The notes under the pieces were generated by a model. It worked only from the letters and a program-made list of their open reading frames with translations, was not told the DNA's origin and ran no database searches. This document shows positions 11,795-23,219 of a stretch of DNA of 64,000 bases, one piece after another (position 1 is the stretch's first letter; each line of letters begins with the position of its first letter). The stretch is from the NCBI GenBank assembly GCA_964199315.1, contig OZ116709.1, positions 24,552,001 through 24,616,000 on the forward strand, written 5' to 3'. Origin of the DNA: Orbicella franksi (lineage: Eukaryota). The translations under genes and the position numbers were made by a program.

Positions 11795-12909
11795 CCAGTC
11801 AGAGGAAAAAGGCCATTTCTAAAAAAAAGATATACACAATAATTTGAGTTTTTATGAAAAACACACCCCCAGATTAAAATTCAGTTATTAAGATCTCCAG
11901 AGAAACAAATAATTCTTAAGCGTTGATTTGCCCAATGCCGTCCTGTAATTCCTGTTTGTATCATAGCAACCAGCATATAACAAGCCTTGTGCCCTCTAGT
12001 ATCATATCTTCTATGATTATTATAGCAGATAAGCTTAACAAAATTTGACCACATTTGAAGTGTTTGATTTTTCTATGACTCACCTTACTTCTTCCAAATA
12101 CTTCTCAAGTTGCAGAGCAGGAGATTTGCCTCGTCTGAAAAACCCAGAAAACGTATTATATTATGAACAAACAATATTTCTCTTTGACTATGAAACCTCT
12201 CAAGGCTTAAAGGATGTGACATACATTGTAGCTCTACCCCTCCTCTAAGCTATGTAATATACCCTCACTATCATATCATAATCATAATCATACTTCCAAT
12301 TTTGATCCTTTCCAATGACAGCCAGCACTCTCTCTGGATCAGTATCTTCACCCTTGTCAGGAGGAGACACTGAAAAACAATGCTATTGACAGAATAAGAC
12401 CAAAATCACTAACCATGATCAAACAACTCTTACAAAAATGCTCTGGATACTCATTAACCTTCAATGCTTACTGTATGCAAACACATGTAAGCCAAGAAAA
12501 AAATGTGAAAATCTGTGAAAAATACAAACATTTTTAAGCCAGAAAAATGTTTGTACTAAACCGTCATTACCATCATTGTCCACCATACAGTGAGCTGCCA
12601 ACAACTTGAGTGAATGAACCTAAACCAAACAAGGGGCAAACCATCAGTATAAACAATCAGTGAGTAAACAATGGAACCACGCCTTACGACCACCCTTATA
12701 TGGCCACCATGTGATTATGGCCACTCATTTTTGGCTCACAAAAAATGCTTAGTCACCTTACTAACCTTAACTAACCATTCACTCTAAACTTACCACAAAC
12801 AAGCCCGGATGCAATAACAAGTCCCTTGCTGTAGGTCTTTCAGCAGGATTTTCAGCGAAACACCTCCGTATAAAGTCCTGTTGATTTACAGTGCAAGTGT
12901 CACTAAGAC
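11795..12909 (-). pseudogene. Duplicated internal fragment of the NRBP gene (exons 10-13 plus part of exon 14)
   Basis: Aligns to 30124-31461. Exons at 12794-12877, 12571-12619, 12294-12369, 12084-12134 and 11795-11818 keep their sizes and AG/GT ends. No exons 1-9 are upstream. Confidence 0.9.
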
Positions 12910-13014
12910 GTCTCGGCGCTTTCCAACTAACAGAATGTAAAAAGACTTCCGCTATATTCTCCTAAACATCATACAGGAACAGACACTTTGTTTGCCGTCT
13001 CGGCTTGGCACACC

Positions 13015-15346
13015 ATGTCAGTGAAATATGTTGTCTTTCTGATTGTGGTGGACTCAGTTGTAGCATCAGTGATTCAAGCGGTAGGAGCCGAGAGTGTTGG
13101 ATTAGAATTTTACGGCCAGGTTGAGTCTTACGCTGAATATGAACCATGGAACTGGCGTCTGAATGCAACACTACAGTTCTTCTTCCAAACTAAATCGAAA
13201 AAACCTGCCATGATCTTTTACCAAGACGACAATAGAGAAAGCCAGTTTATGGATTTGTTTCTCATCAATGGAAAAGCTCGATTCCGTGCAAAGGTACAAG
13301 GGATGAACGAGATTGAAAAACGAGTCATTCGACACGACTTTGCTGACTCAAAGTGGCATAAGGTTAATATCGAGTTGTCTGAGGAAGAAATAAAGTTGTC
13401 CATAGACACTGAAGACACAATATACAATGCAAGGCCGATAGTACTTACTCAATATGCTGAATCTCTCGACAATGCCGCCCTGTATGTCGGTGGAATTCCT
13501 CTAATTAACCAGGGATGGTCTTATGCAGCGATTTTCTTCAATGTTTACGAGTAAGTACAGACATTTATTCTCATTCTGTTAGCTGTTATTGCAAAACACT
13601 AGTTAACGGGTTTATTCGCAAATTATGAATGCGTCAGTGCACTTATTTGTGACAGATGAGTTTTGGAGTGCTCTCGAACAAGGTTAGCTCACAAGTTGAG
13701 CAAACTCACAAGCAGCTTTCTTGCTAGTTAAATCATTTAAGATTTGAGTGGTTCGAGAAAAAATGCACTGAATTACGAATACGCCATTAAGCTAGGGCGT
13801 AAGTCGACTTGCTGTTTTCCACAGAAAGGAAACTTTGCAGAGTAAATCAGTTAATTGTATAGTTTATGTAGTATTTCCAGTCATCTTTCAGTTGCAGAGT
13901 TGAACGTCGGTTATCAAACTTTCATTTGTTAAATGATCATAAATAAATGAATGATTGCTATGATGATTGTGTTTTGTTATTTTTAACTCAAAGTAAGATT
14001 AATTATAGAATGTGTTTACGTGACCTCATCAAATTCTCAAATCCAAAACTAAAGAGCCCTTAAAGGTTTTATCCTCATCAGGCATAAGCAGTACTAAATT
14101 TATATCTGTTTACAATTTTCCAGCTCAATAGCGTCCCTCGTTTGGAAACCAGCGCATTTCCAATTTCGAAGTCATGGCGGTGCGTGACATGAAGCTAGGG
14201 TCGCGTTTGTCGACAAATATACACTTATCTCGTGATTTTTAGCCATTTTAGGAGTTAACGTGTTAGGAAAAGTGCTTGTGTAAATGCTTTTGGTTCGGTT
14301 CAGATAATCAGTTGTCTAGATAGCCAAAGTAAGTTCCAGATGTTTACACTATTTTCCGGCCGCCACATTGGAGGACTAAGGAAGTATTGAGGCCCTGTTA
14401 GGGGTAAATTCCGACAAGCGACATGGTCTTGAAACGGCGACACGAGAGCCACGAACTGGCAACGAATGACAGACTACTCCAGCGAAATAGGGAAAGCGAC
14501 ACCGATGTCAAAACAGACCGACAACGAATTTCGGATTTGTGAAAGCAGTATGAAAGGAGTGAATGTTTTAAACAATGAGGTCAATAACGTTTCAATAAAA
14601 CCAATAAATGAGTCATAAATGCGTCTCATTTTACCGACTAAAATATAGTAACGTCATTAACGATATTAATTAACAAAAACTAATATCCAACTAGGGCTCG
14701 TCACAGAGGAGGATTGCGTGACGAGTCGAAAGAAGTAGGAGACTAGACCCACGTGCGCGCGCGCTCCATCTATCTGTCATCTGTTGGAGATATTTTACTT
14801 CATTTGTCACCGAGATACTATAGCAGGCAAAGTGGACGTAGGACATTTTGAGAGAGGAGACAACTTTGTCAAACTGACAGAGATGTCGTACGAGACATTT
14901 AGATATCAAAATGAAGTGGAAGATTTTCTGCCAGCCAAAGGAAGTTACGAGGAGACCAGCGACCTTGACTCCGATGATGAAAGCCAAGCAGACGGTAGTC
15001 TTTGGCAGAATGTCCTTAGGTACATTATCTGGAAGGAGTGTCATTCGCCCAGACCGTTTGGACCTCTGAGTAGAGCTTTTCAAATAATAACGTAGACGGC
15101 CCTAAAATATACACTATTACTACTCCATTGCTGCTGTGTCTTCATTGACTTCAGTGGATGTTTTAATATTCTCTACATTACTATCATGTCAAATTTGATA
15201 CAAGGCATTCACTTTTAACTGATAGTGTCACATCAATTCGTTATTTTATTGGGGTCATCACTAGTCTAGCCATGGATCGAGGTTGAACAAACTGCACCTA
15301 CAAAAACTGAAAGTCACTCTGGTCTCAGTTTTCAAAGTATCTTATT

Positions 15347-15378
<32 letters not shown>

Positions 15379-15380
15379 AA

Positions 15381-15429
<49 letters not shown>

Positions 15430-18400
15430 GACGAAATTCCGACCGGCGACATAAGAACCTTGCCAAGTGCCGACATAGCTGCTTGTGAAATTCAGACAGG
15501 GGACATGGGCAACCCCCCTAACAGGGCCTCGGTACTAGGCTCGGAACATTTCGAAGAATATCTCAACTTTGGGACCACGCACATCTTACGCATGTACTAA
15601 AACCCGAAACAACGAAACGAAACGAGCGAAACGAAACCACCGGAACGAGGGAAACGACCGAAACGAGTAAAATAACAAGTAAATAAATGAAAAAGTTAAA
15701 AAAAAAACCAGCCTTGATCTCTGGCACGTTACTATGGCCGCTGTTGTGTTATGATACACATAGACGTGATCCTAGAGATTAGATACTGAATGAACAATTG
15801 ACAATAACCTATTGATTGAGAGTCACGTGAATAGTACCTTGTGCAATCTTGTCAAAAACTGCTCTGCTAGAATAAAGAAGTAGAATCGACACTGAATCGA
15901 GTTATCTGCTGATTCCTGTTAGCAATTCACGGATAACATAATAGCCGCCTGATCTCGTACCCAGATCCGCATGTGTGACATCGTTACATCTCAAAGCTGA
16001 AAGATGGATGAGCGCAAGGGTGTCGACGACGACCACGAAGACATCGAGAAAAAGATGAGTATTTTTCACATTTTGAATGGAATTCTAGCTAAAAACAAGG
16101 AATGTAATTTCAAAGAAAGGTTGCCTGGTCGTATCGTGGATTCTTAGGCGGTGGCGAATCGACAACGCCGAGCCCAGGATGTACGGAAACACAATCTCAA
16201 GAGTATCCGTGAAGAGCTGAGCGCCTAATAAGAAATTACTTTGAGAACTGCAGGAGTCACGAAGGCCTGACGTTAATATGACCAAAGCCTGTCAAGTCGC
16301 CCTCGTTTTTCTTTAGAGATATATATTAAAGAAAGTCCTGGTTCGCACCAAGAATGCTGCAAAGTCATTCTCGAATAGACCATTCGATTCGCCACCGTCT
16401 AAAAATCCACGATACGACCAGAAAACCTTTCTTTGAAATTAGATATCTTGTTTAGCTAGGATACCATTCAGAATGTGAAAATACCCACCTTTTTCTCGAT
16501 GTATTCCCGCTCGACACACTTGCGCTTATCCACCTTTCAGGTTTGTGATGTCACGATGTCACAGATGTGGCTTAAGAGCAGGATCTGGGTACGAGATCCG
16601 GCTGCCATAGTAACGCGCTAGAGCTCAGGGCTTTTTTTAACTTTTTTATTTATTTACTTACTATTTTACTCGTTTCGGTCGTTTCGCTTGTTTCGGTGGT
16701 TTCGTTTCGTTGTTTCGGGTTTTAGTACATGCCCACATCTTAAACTTGGAGAACTGTCATCTTTATTTAGAGTCTATAATATCACAATTTCTTGACTTTA
16801 TCCACCGAATGGTTTTTGACTTGATATTTTATTGCGTAACAATACACTCACTCTATTATTCTGTTACAAAACCCTTGCAATCAAGTCAACTTCCAGTTTA
16901 ACTTACAGTTCCCTTAAGCTTGACTGATAATTCCATTCACTTTAATTTAGGAAAGTCCCCGCTGTCTTTGAAGGCTGTATTAGCGACATAAGATTCAATC
17001 GAGCTCCGAGCGGTGGTTTGGAAAGAGCAAGACTTCGGCGTTCAAAGAAAGCCACGAATACCTGTAAAGGAGACTGTGAAAAGCGGCCTGAGAGATGCGC
17101 CAATGACGGCCGGTGTATCGACATGATAAGGGATTCCGAGTGCGACTGTAGGGAGACTGAGTACGAAGGAAGAAGCTGTGCAAAACGTAAGGACATGTGA
17201 AGAGCAAAGTCTATTTTCCCGCCTAAATATTTTGTTGTTATGGTAACCACAGAGGCATGAATGAACTAAAGTGATAGCATACATTTATATAAATTATTAA
17301 TATAATTAACCTTCCTTAACGCTTAAGCCTTAAGCCCTGTCCACACTACGCCGCGGAAATTTCAAAACGGCGTTTTCACTCTAAAAACGTCTCAAATGTT
17401 TTCCGTCCACTCTACCCCAGAGCAAATTTGAAAACGCAACAATCACCGGTCATTTTGGATTTGTGTTTGAGGAAAACTCGCTCAGGGAAATCACATGATT
17501 ATCATGTCGTCATCGTATTCGAAAAGCTCCGTTACAAAATGTTTTCCGTCCACGCTAAAACGAAAAGCCGGCATTTTCAAATTCCTTCGGTTTGAAGAGC
17601 GTTTTCGAAAAGCTCCGTTTTCGTGAAGCTTTAGTGTGGACGGTAAGCCTAACCGTAGTAAAGCTGCGTCTTCAAATTTCTCCGGCGTATTGTTGTCAGA
17701 GGGTTGAATAACTGAACCTGACCATAGTCAATTCCACCTGCATATTAAAGCAGACGGAAGGTCGTGGAAGGTGCGGAGAAACAAGCTGATTTTGCAATAA
17801 CATTTTTACAATCTTTGACAGGTTCCACAGTTGTCTTTATGAATGGTAATGGTGCATTTATGTCATACAACCTGGACAGTGACAATCCTCTGAGGTCAAC
17901 AGAAAGAAATGCACTGGAGTTCCGGTTTTTAACAGAAGCTAAAGATGGCGTTTTCTTTTACATGGGGCGAGATAAAGACCACTTACTTGTGGAACTTGTT
18001 AATGGAAGTCTACGAGTGCAAGCAGATTTTGGCGATGGTAAGCAATAAAGAGAGTAGATAATGTAGCTATGTACTATGAGCAGAAAGGGGAGACAATAGA
18101 GGGGTGTTGGGGAGAAGGACAAGAGATGACCCCCCCCCCTAGATAATAATACAGCAACAGCAATAGTGTAGTTGCATCTCAAATACACTGTATGCTTCGT
18201 ACGTTTGCCGTACAAAGGTGGTGGTAAGAAATAAAGAGACTAGAACATAACTGAGTCATTTGGCTATGCACTGCGCACAGAAAGGGGGGGGGGGGGGGAC
18301 AAAAGAGGGCCGGTATTGGGAAGGAGAGTAAGAGGTGCTCACCCCGGGCAACAACAACAACAATGGTTTATTTACACCTCAAATATGCTTTATGCTTTGT

Positions 18401-21289
18401 ACGTTTGCCGTACAGGCGTTGTAGTGAAGTATTCGACTAAGTGTACTTTCTGCAGATCTGACGAAAATCTGTGTTGAGCTCTTTCCTTAACAGTATAAAA
18501 ACAACTAAGTTTAAAGCGTTACAGATGTCTGTGCTTGTCTGTACTTGTGAGCCATTTTAATGAAAGTTGTGAGAATTGGTTGATATATTAGGAGTTGCCG
18601 ACTATCCCCTAAGATGTAAAATGGTGACAAGAGTAACTTTTCAGAGGAAGTTTTCTTGGAAGGACATTCAATTCACTTTTCTCTGTTGATAATGATCAAA
18701 ATGATTGAATTCTAATTTCCTGAAAGATCACACTTTGTCATTTATTTTGAATCTCTCAAATGTAGGTCCTGTTGTCGTGCACAGTAAGGAAAATATTCTG
18801 TCGGACAGCTGCTGGCATCACGTGGAAATCCGCCGAAGGAAACGACGTTTGACCGCCATGATCGACTTAGGGAAATCTGGGATTTACAATGCAAATTTTT
18901 CTATGTTTACAACACTCAACCTCAACAACCAGTCGAATTTGATTTACTTTGGAGGAGGTCCTTCAATGGATCTACGCTTCGCAAAAGCCAAAAGGTTGTC
19001 ATTTAAAGGCTTTCTCCAAAAGCTTCGATTTGAAGGATTCAATGTTTTAGAGAACGCGTTACAAAACAAAGACGGTTTTTCTCACACTGGAGTGATGGAG
19101 ATTTCCCGCTACAATGTGCTGTTTGGTCAGGCTAAGGAAAAATGCGAGGCCTGGGGGTCAGGATGCTCACCCAGTGAGGATGACTCAGACAATTGTAATC
19201 CATCAACTCTCCCTCCTACCACCAGTGAGTACTGTTATGTACCATTATAGGTCCGGAGTACGTGCGAAGTATTCAGAGCAAGGTATCATTGTATTGGCTG
19301 CGGCATAGGACTGCACTGCGTGCAGAGTATTGTGGCATCATAGGGCCTTGATCCGTAGGAAGAAATACGCAATCATTATATTCTGTTGAAACTTGTTTTC
19401 TAATTGATTAAAGTCCAGACCCCGTTGTTCGAAAGGTTTATGACGCTATCCACGAGATAACTCTGTATTCAGTGGAAGGTGTTCATAAAACAAACCACGC
19501 TATCCACTAGGTAGTAATTTATCCATTGGATGGCGTTAGCCACCTTCCTTTCAAACAACCCGGGCCAGGTGGAACGTCTTTAATACGGACAGGAAAGTGC
19601 CAGTGCCATATTATGGAGGTGTCCGTAATACATTGGTAGAAATTATAAGAATCCTGGTTTCTTTGGGACCAAATGTCTGTAATAAAGAGGTGTCCTTATT
19701 ATAGAGACATCGGTAAGGATAGGTTCGGCTGTATTTTGTCCTTAATGCACTGTGCAGAAGAAAAAGGAGAGGGATCGATCTTACGAGAGACTTGTATTTC
19801 AGGGGTCTGTAAAAAGACGTTTTCGTAAATAACTGTGGTCTCTTTCTCAAAGCGAGTTTTGGTGCCCATCCTTTCATATAAAAAAGAGATTTCATTCGCA
19901 TGCAAATTAAACTCATTTTCATACGAATGGTTGCGCACCAAGCCTCGCTTTCATAGAGAGGCTTAAAGCAACTCGGAAACGGGCTATTTTTGATTTAGTA
20001 GAATTCTACTAGTATACTAATGTAAATGCTGTAATCTGATTGGCTGAGCCATTGAACACTATCAGCCATTAATGTGCAGTGGCTGGAGGTCGTCTAGGAA
20101 ATGGCGACGTTTTTGGTTTTTCCAAAGTGTTGGAGGAAAATTTTGATGCAAATGGATAATTAAATTCCTGAGAAGTCTAAACGAAAGACATTGACGGTTT
20201 CTTGACTTTTAAAAAAGTTGAAATTATTGAAAAAGCTGATGCACACGCGGACATGTTTTCAATTTTAAATGACAATTCAGTCCGAGCGATCTTTTTCAGG
20301 CGCAAAGTTTAATAATACGTCAAGAAATAATGGGAAATTAAACCGTTATTTGAAGTAAATTTTAGTAAGAATTCTACTAAAACAATTCGATTATTCCTCT
20401 CTCGATTTCTAAGAGGTGATAGTTGATTCGACCTTCGGCCTCATCAACTATCGCCTCCCAGAAATCTCGAGCTCATAATCTAATTGTTATAAAGCCTTAA
20501 GCTTATCAAATAATAGTTTTACAGGATTGCAGCTATAACTTTGTAAGTGCCTTAACGTTTATAGCCTGCGAACGCAGACGTATTTCCGGCTGTCACTTGG
20601 TTCCGCCGAAAAATAACGTCTGCGAACCCGAGCCAGAAAACGATTTCTGTGACGTGGGAATTCTAAGCCAATCACAGTTTAGCTCAAATAACCCCAGAAC
20701 TACTGCGCGAGGTATTCGCTGTGAGGAGCACTCGAGTTTCATTCTATCATTTAATCTGATTGGCCAAGGAAGAACAAAAGTCATTACGTCACAGAAATCG
20801 TTTCCTGGCTCGGGTTCGCAGACGCTATTTTTCGGCGGAACCAAGTGACAGCCGGAAATACGTTTGCGTTCGCAGGCTATAACGTTTATAGTGTTTTTGC
20901 TCATTTTTTAAGGTACACAGACAACCACGGCATCTCCAACAACCACCCCATCACGTGCTCCGCCAAAAATACCTGAGACCAAGCCACCTCCGGAAACCGC
21001 GAAACAACAGAAACCGACACCGAGGCCTAAAGGTGTGCCAGCTTGGGTCATTATTGTAATAGTTCTAGCCGCGATGGCAGTTGTGTTCATCTCTGTGTTT
21101 CTACTGTACCGCTGGAATCATCGCTATACGGGCTCATTTAAACCCAGTAAAAACGGCGAGGGTCAGATGCGAGAACCTGGAGTGGAGCCCGCTGAACAAC
21201 AAAATGCCCGGATGTATAATCAACCGGCGTTTTACATGTACAAACCTCCTAAGAAACCACCAACTGCCGAAAGCCCAGTGTCTATTTAG
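13015..21289 (+). CDS. Neurexin-family type I membrane protein, copy 2, 607 aa, intact
   Basis: Exons 13015-13550, 16951-17186, 17822-18037, 18766-19224, 20913-21289. Exon sizes are identical to copy 1, splice sites are intact and there are no stops. Introns 1 and 4 are enlarged by TE insertions. Confidence 0.9.
14390..15530. mobile_element. ~1.14-kb non-autonomous DNA transposon with perfect 16-bp TIRs and a probable 6-bp TSD
   Basis: GAGGCCCTGTTAGGGG ... CCCCTAACAGGGCCTC, with flanks AGTATT/GGTACT against a single GGTACT at the empty site in copy 1 (~3359). Contains a 103-codon ORF and an (ATT)n tract. Confidence 0.8.
15345..15428. repeat. (ATT)n microsatellite with (ATC) interruptions
   Basis: Direct reading. 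Confidence 0.95.
15589..16733. mobile_element. Mutator-like non-autonomous element with a 9-bp TSD (CACATCTTA) and a nested element
   Basis: TIRs GCATGTACTAAAACCCGAAACAACGAAACGAAAC and its complement; exact 9-bp TSD at 15580-15588 and 16734-16742; absent at the copy 1 site (~3411). The nested element ~15950-16600 has GATCTCGTACCCAGATC TIRs. Confidence 0.85.
20562..20879. mobile_element. 318-bp MITE with ~90-bp TIRs and a 9-bp TSD (TAACGTTTA)
   Basis: TAGCCTGCGAACGC...GCGTTCGCAGGCTA; TSD at 20553-20561 and 20880-20888; empty site in copy 1 at ~7221. Confidence 0.9.
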
Positions 21290-22981
21290 AACAGCGGTCT
21301 AGCTCCTGAAGCGGCGGTTGATGCGGCAAAGGGCTTCATTCGCAAAGTTCTCGGGCACTATTTAAGACAGCGAAGCCAGCTTAGCTTCTGGAAGAGAATC
21401 TGTCAATTTTAAGTGAAGAGCATCGACAAGACATCCAGAAAATGTACTGTTTTTATCATCGAGGAGACCATCGTATGTTAAACAAATGTGTTACTCCAAT
21501 ATAGTGGAACAGGATTGAGTTACGAAGCAAAAAAAAAAAAAAACCCCTTCACATCTACACTAAATTAAAAAAAATGCAGCTTTGCGGTGGAAGCATTTAC
21601 AGATGTTTCAGAGAATTGTTTGTTTATTTCTAGATGCAGAGAAAGCGTACGGACGTATCCTGCATTTTGATGATGTTCAGAGGTGAACGTATTGGGGAAT
21701 GCTATAGCAAGCCGTATAATCAATGGCTTTAAGGCTTGTATGCTACCCGCAGAACCAAGAATCATATCAGTATTAGGTATGAAAACCCTAGGACTCGATA
21801 ATACTGAAGACAGCTAAGCTTACCTTCGAAGCAAAGGTTAAATCTGAATTTTACTATTTGTGAAAATTGCAGTGGAATATTTTATAGTGTACAAAAAACT
21901 CGACCATGTCTTCCACTTATACCGTAAGATGGGAGAAATGATCAGCGTGCTTAAGACCAAACAAATTTATGGCAAAGGTGCAAAGATTGCGGTTTCTATT
22001 AGAAAGTAGAACTTCTTTTTTCCTTCACAGGAACATAACTTTATATACATTGCATATGAAATGTTACTTTTACTTTCGACCTAATGTTCATTGTCTTAAA
22101 ACTTCGACTGTATATTCAAAGCCAAACGATTTCTATTTTCTGCAAAGTTAGTGGCAATTTTCTGGATGTGAATTGAACGTCAAATTAATTTTAAGAATAA
22201 GAACTCCTAAAATTAAGCCCTAAACGAAATTATTCTCGTGTGCAGAGTTTCATATGTTAAACTTTCACCCCGACTCCTTCCTCCTGCAAATACTATTGGT
22301 AAAATCTTGAAATTCGGACTTGTCAGAGCCTTGTCGAAGTGTCTTTAGCTGAGAAAACATCATTTCATATGCTTTTTGAGGTAACTTACAAGGCTTTTTT
22401 TAAATGGACAGCAAAGACATCAGCCGGTCTGACCAAATACATAAAATATCTGCCGGCGAGATTGATCTCGAACATCCGGGACTTCAACAGTGTATTTTCG
22501 TAAACTGTAGTTGTTTCAGTGAATGAGGACACGTGATCTGGAAAAAAGAGCAATCCGCGTTTAAAACTCCTAGATAAATTTCAATTTCGGGTGATAATAA
22601 TAGCAGCATCTTTCCGTTTCTAGGAAATATTGATATAGAAAACTTTGCTTGGGATGAATGGTATAATTAAACACAAACATTTCTGAAAAAAAAAAATTGT
22701 TTTAATTTCTTTATTCTGCACTGATAGCAGTTAAAATGAGCGTTTGCCTCCTTAATACCTAGTTCCTGTTACATGCCCTTTCCAAGGTCAAAACTGTACA
22801 AGCGTCTCGTATAAGAGAATAAGAGTTCCATAAAATCCCACGAATAGGAGCTCACTTAATTCAGCCCTCCTCCAAATATAAACGGTAAAATCCTTCCAAT
22901 AAATAATTCGAATAGACGTCCATGGGCTTATATTTATATTTATATCCACAGCTCTTGATTTACCAGTAGCGAGTTTGTACA

Positions 22982-23219
22982 CCTGGGTCCGTTTCTCGAA
23001 AGCCCCGGAGACGTTTCGGGCCCGTAAAGCCATTTTCAGATAATCTGTATTGAAAAACGGAGAAGCCGTGTATACGTCTGAAACTTCTTGTACGAAGGAG
23101 ACTTCTTTTCATATTAAGAATATGTGAATAAAACAGCTCTGTAGTCGTAAGGTTTCAGATTTTGCTATGGCTTTACGGGCCCGAAAAGTTTCCGGGGCTT
23201 TCGAGAAACGGGCCCCAGG
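22982..23219. mobile_element. Same MITE family at the paralogous site, interior inverted relative to 9324-9563
   Basis: The interior is the reverse complement of the 9360-9520 interior; flanks are CCTGG/CCAGG. Confidence 0.8.

Noticed and set aside
15600-15670. CGAAA-rich short periodic repeats resembling an array/CRISPR
   Set aside because: They are sub-terminal repeats of the Mutator-like TIR (mirrored at 16670-16730); there are no unique spacers and the context is eukaryotic.
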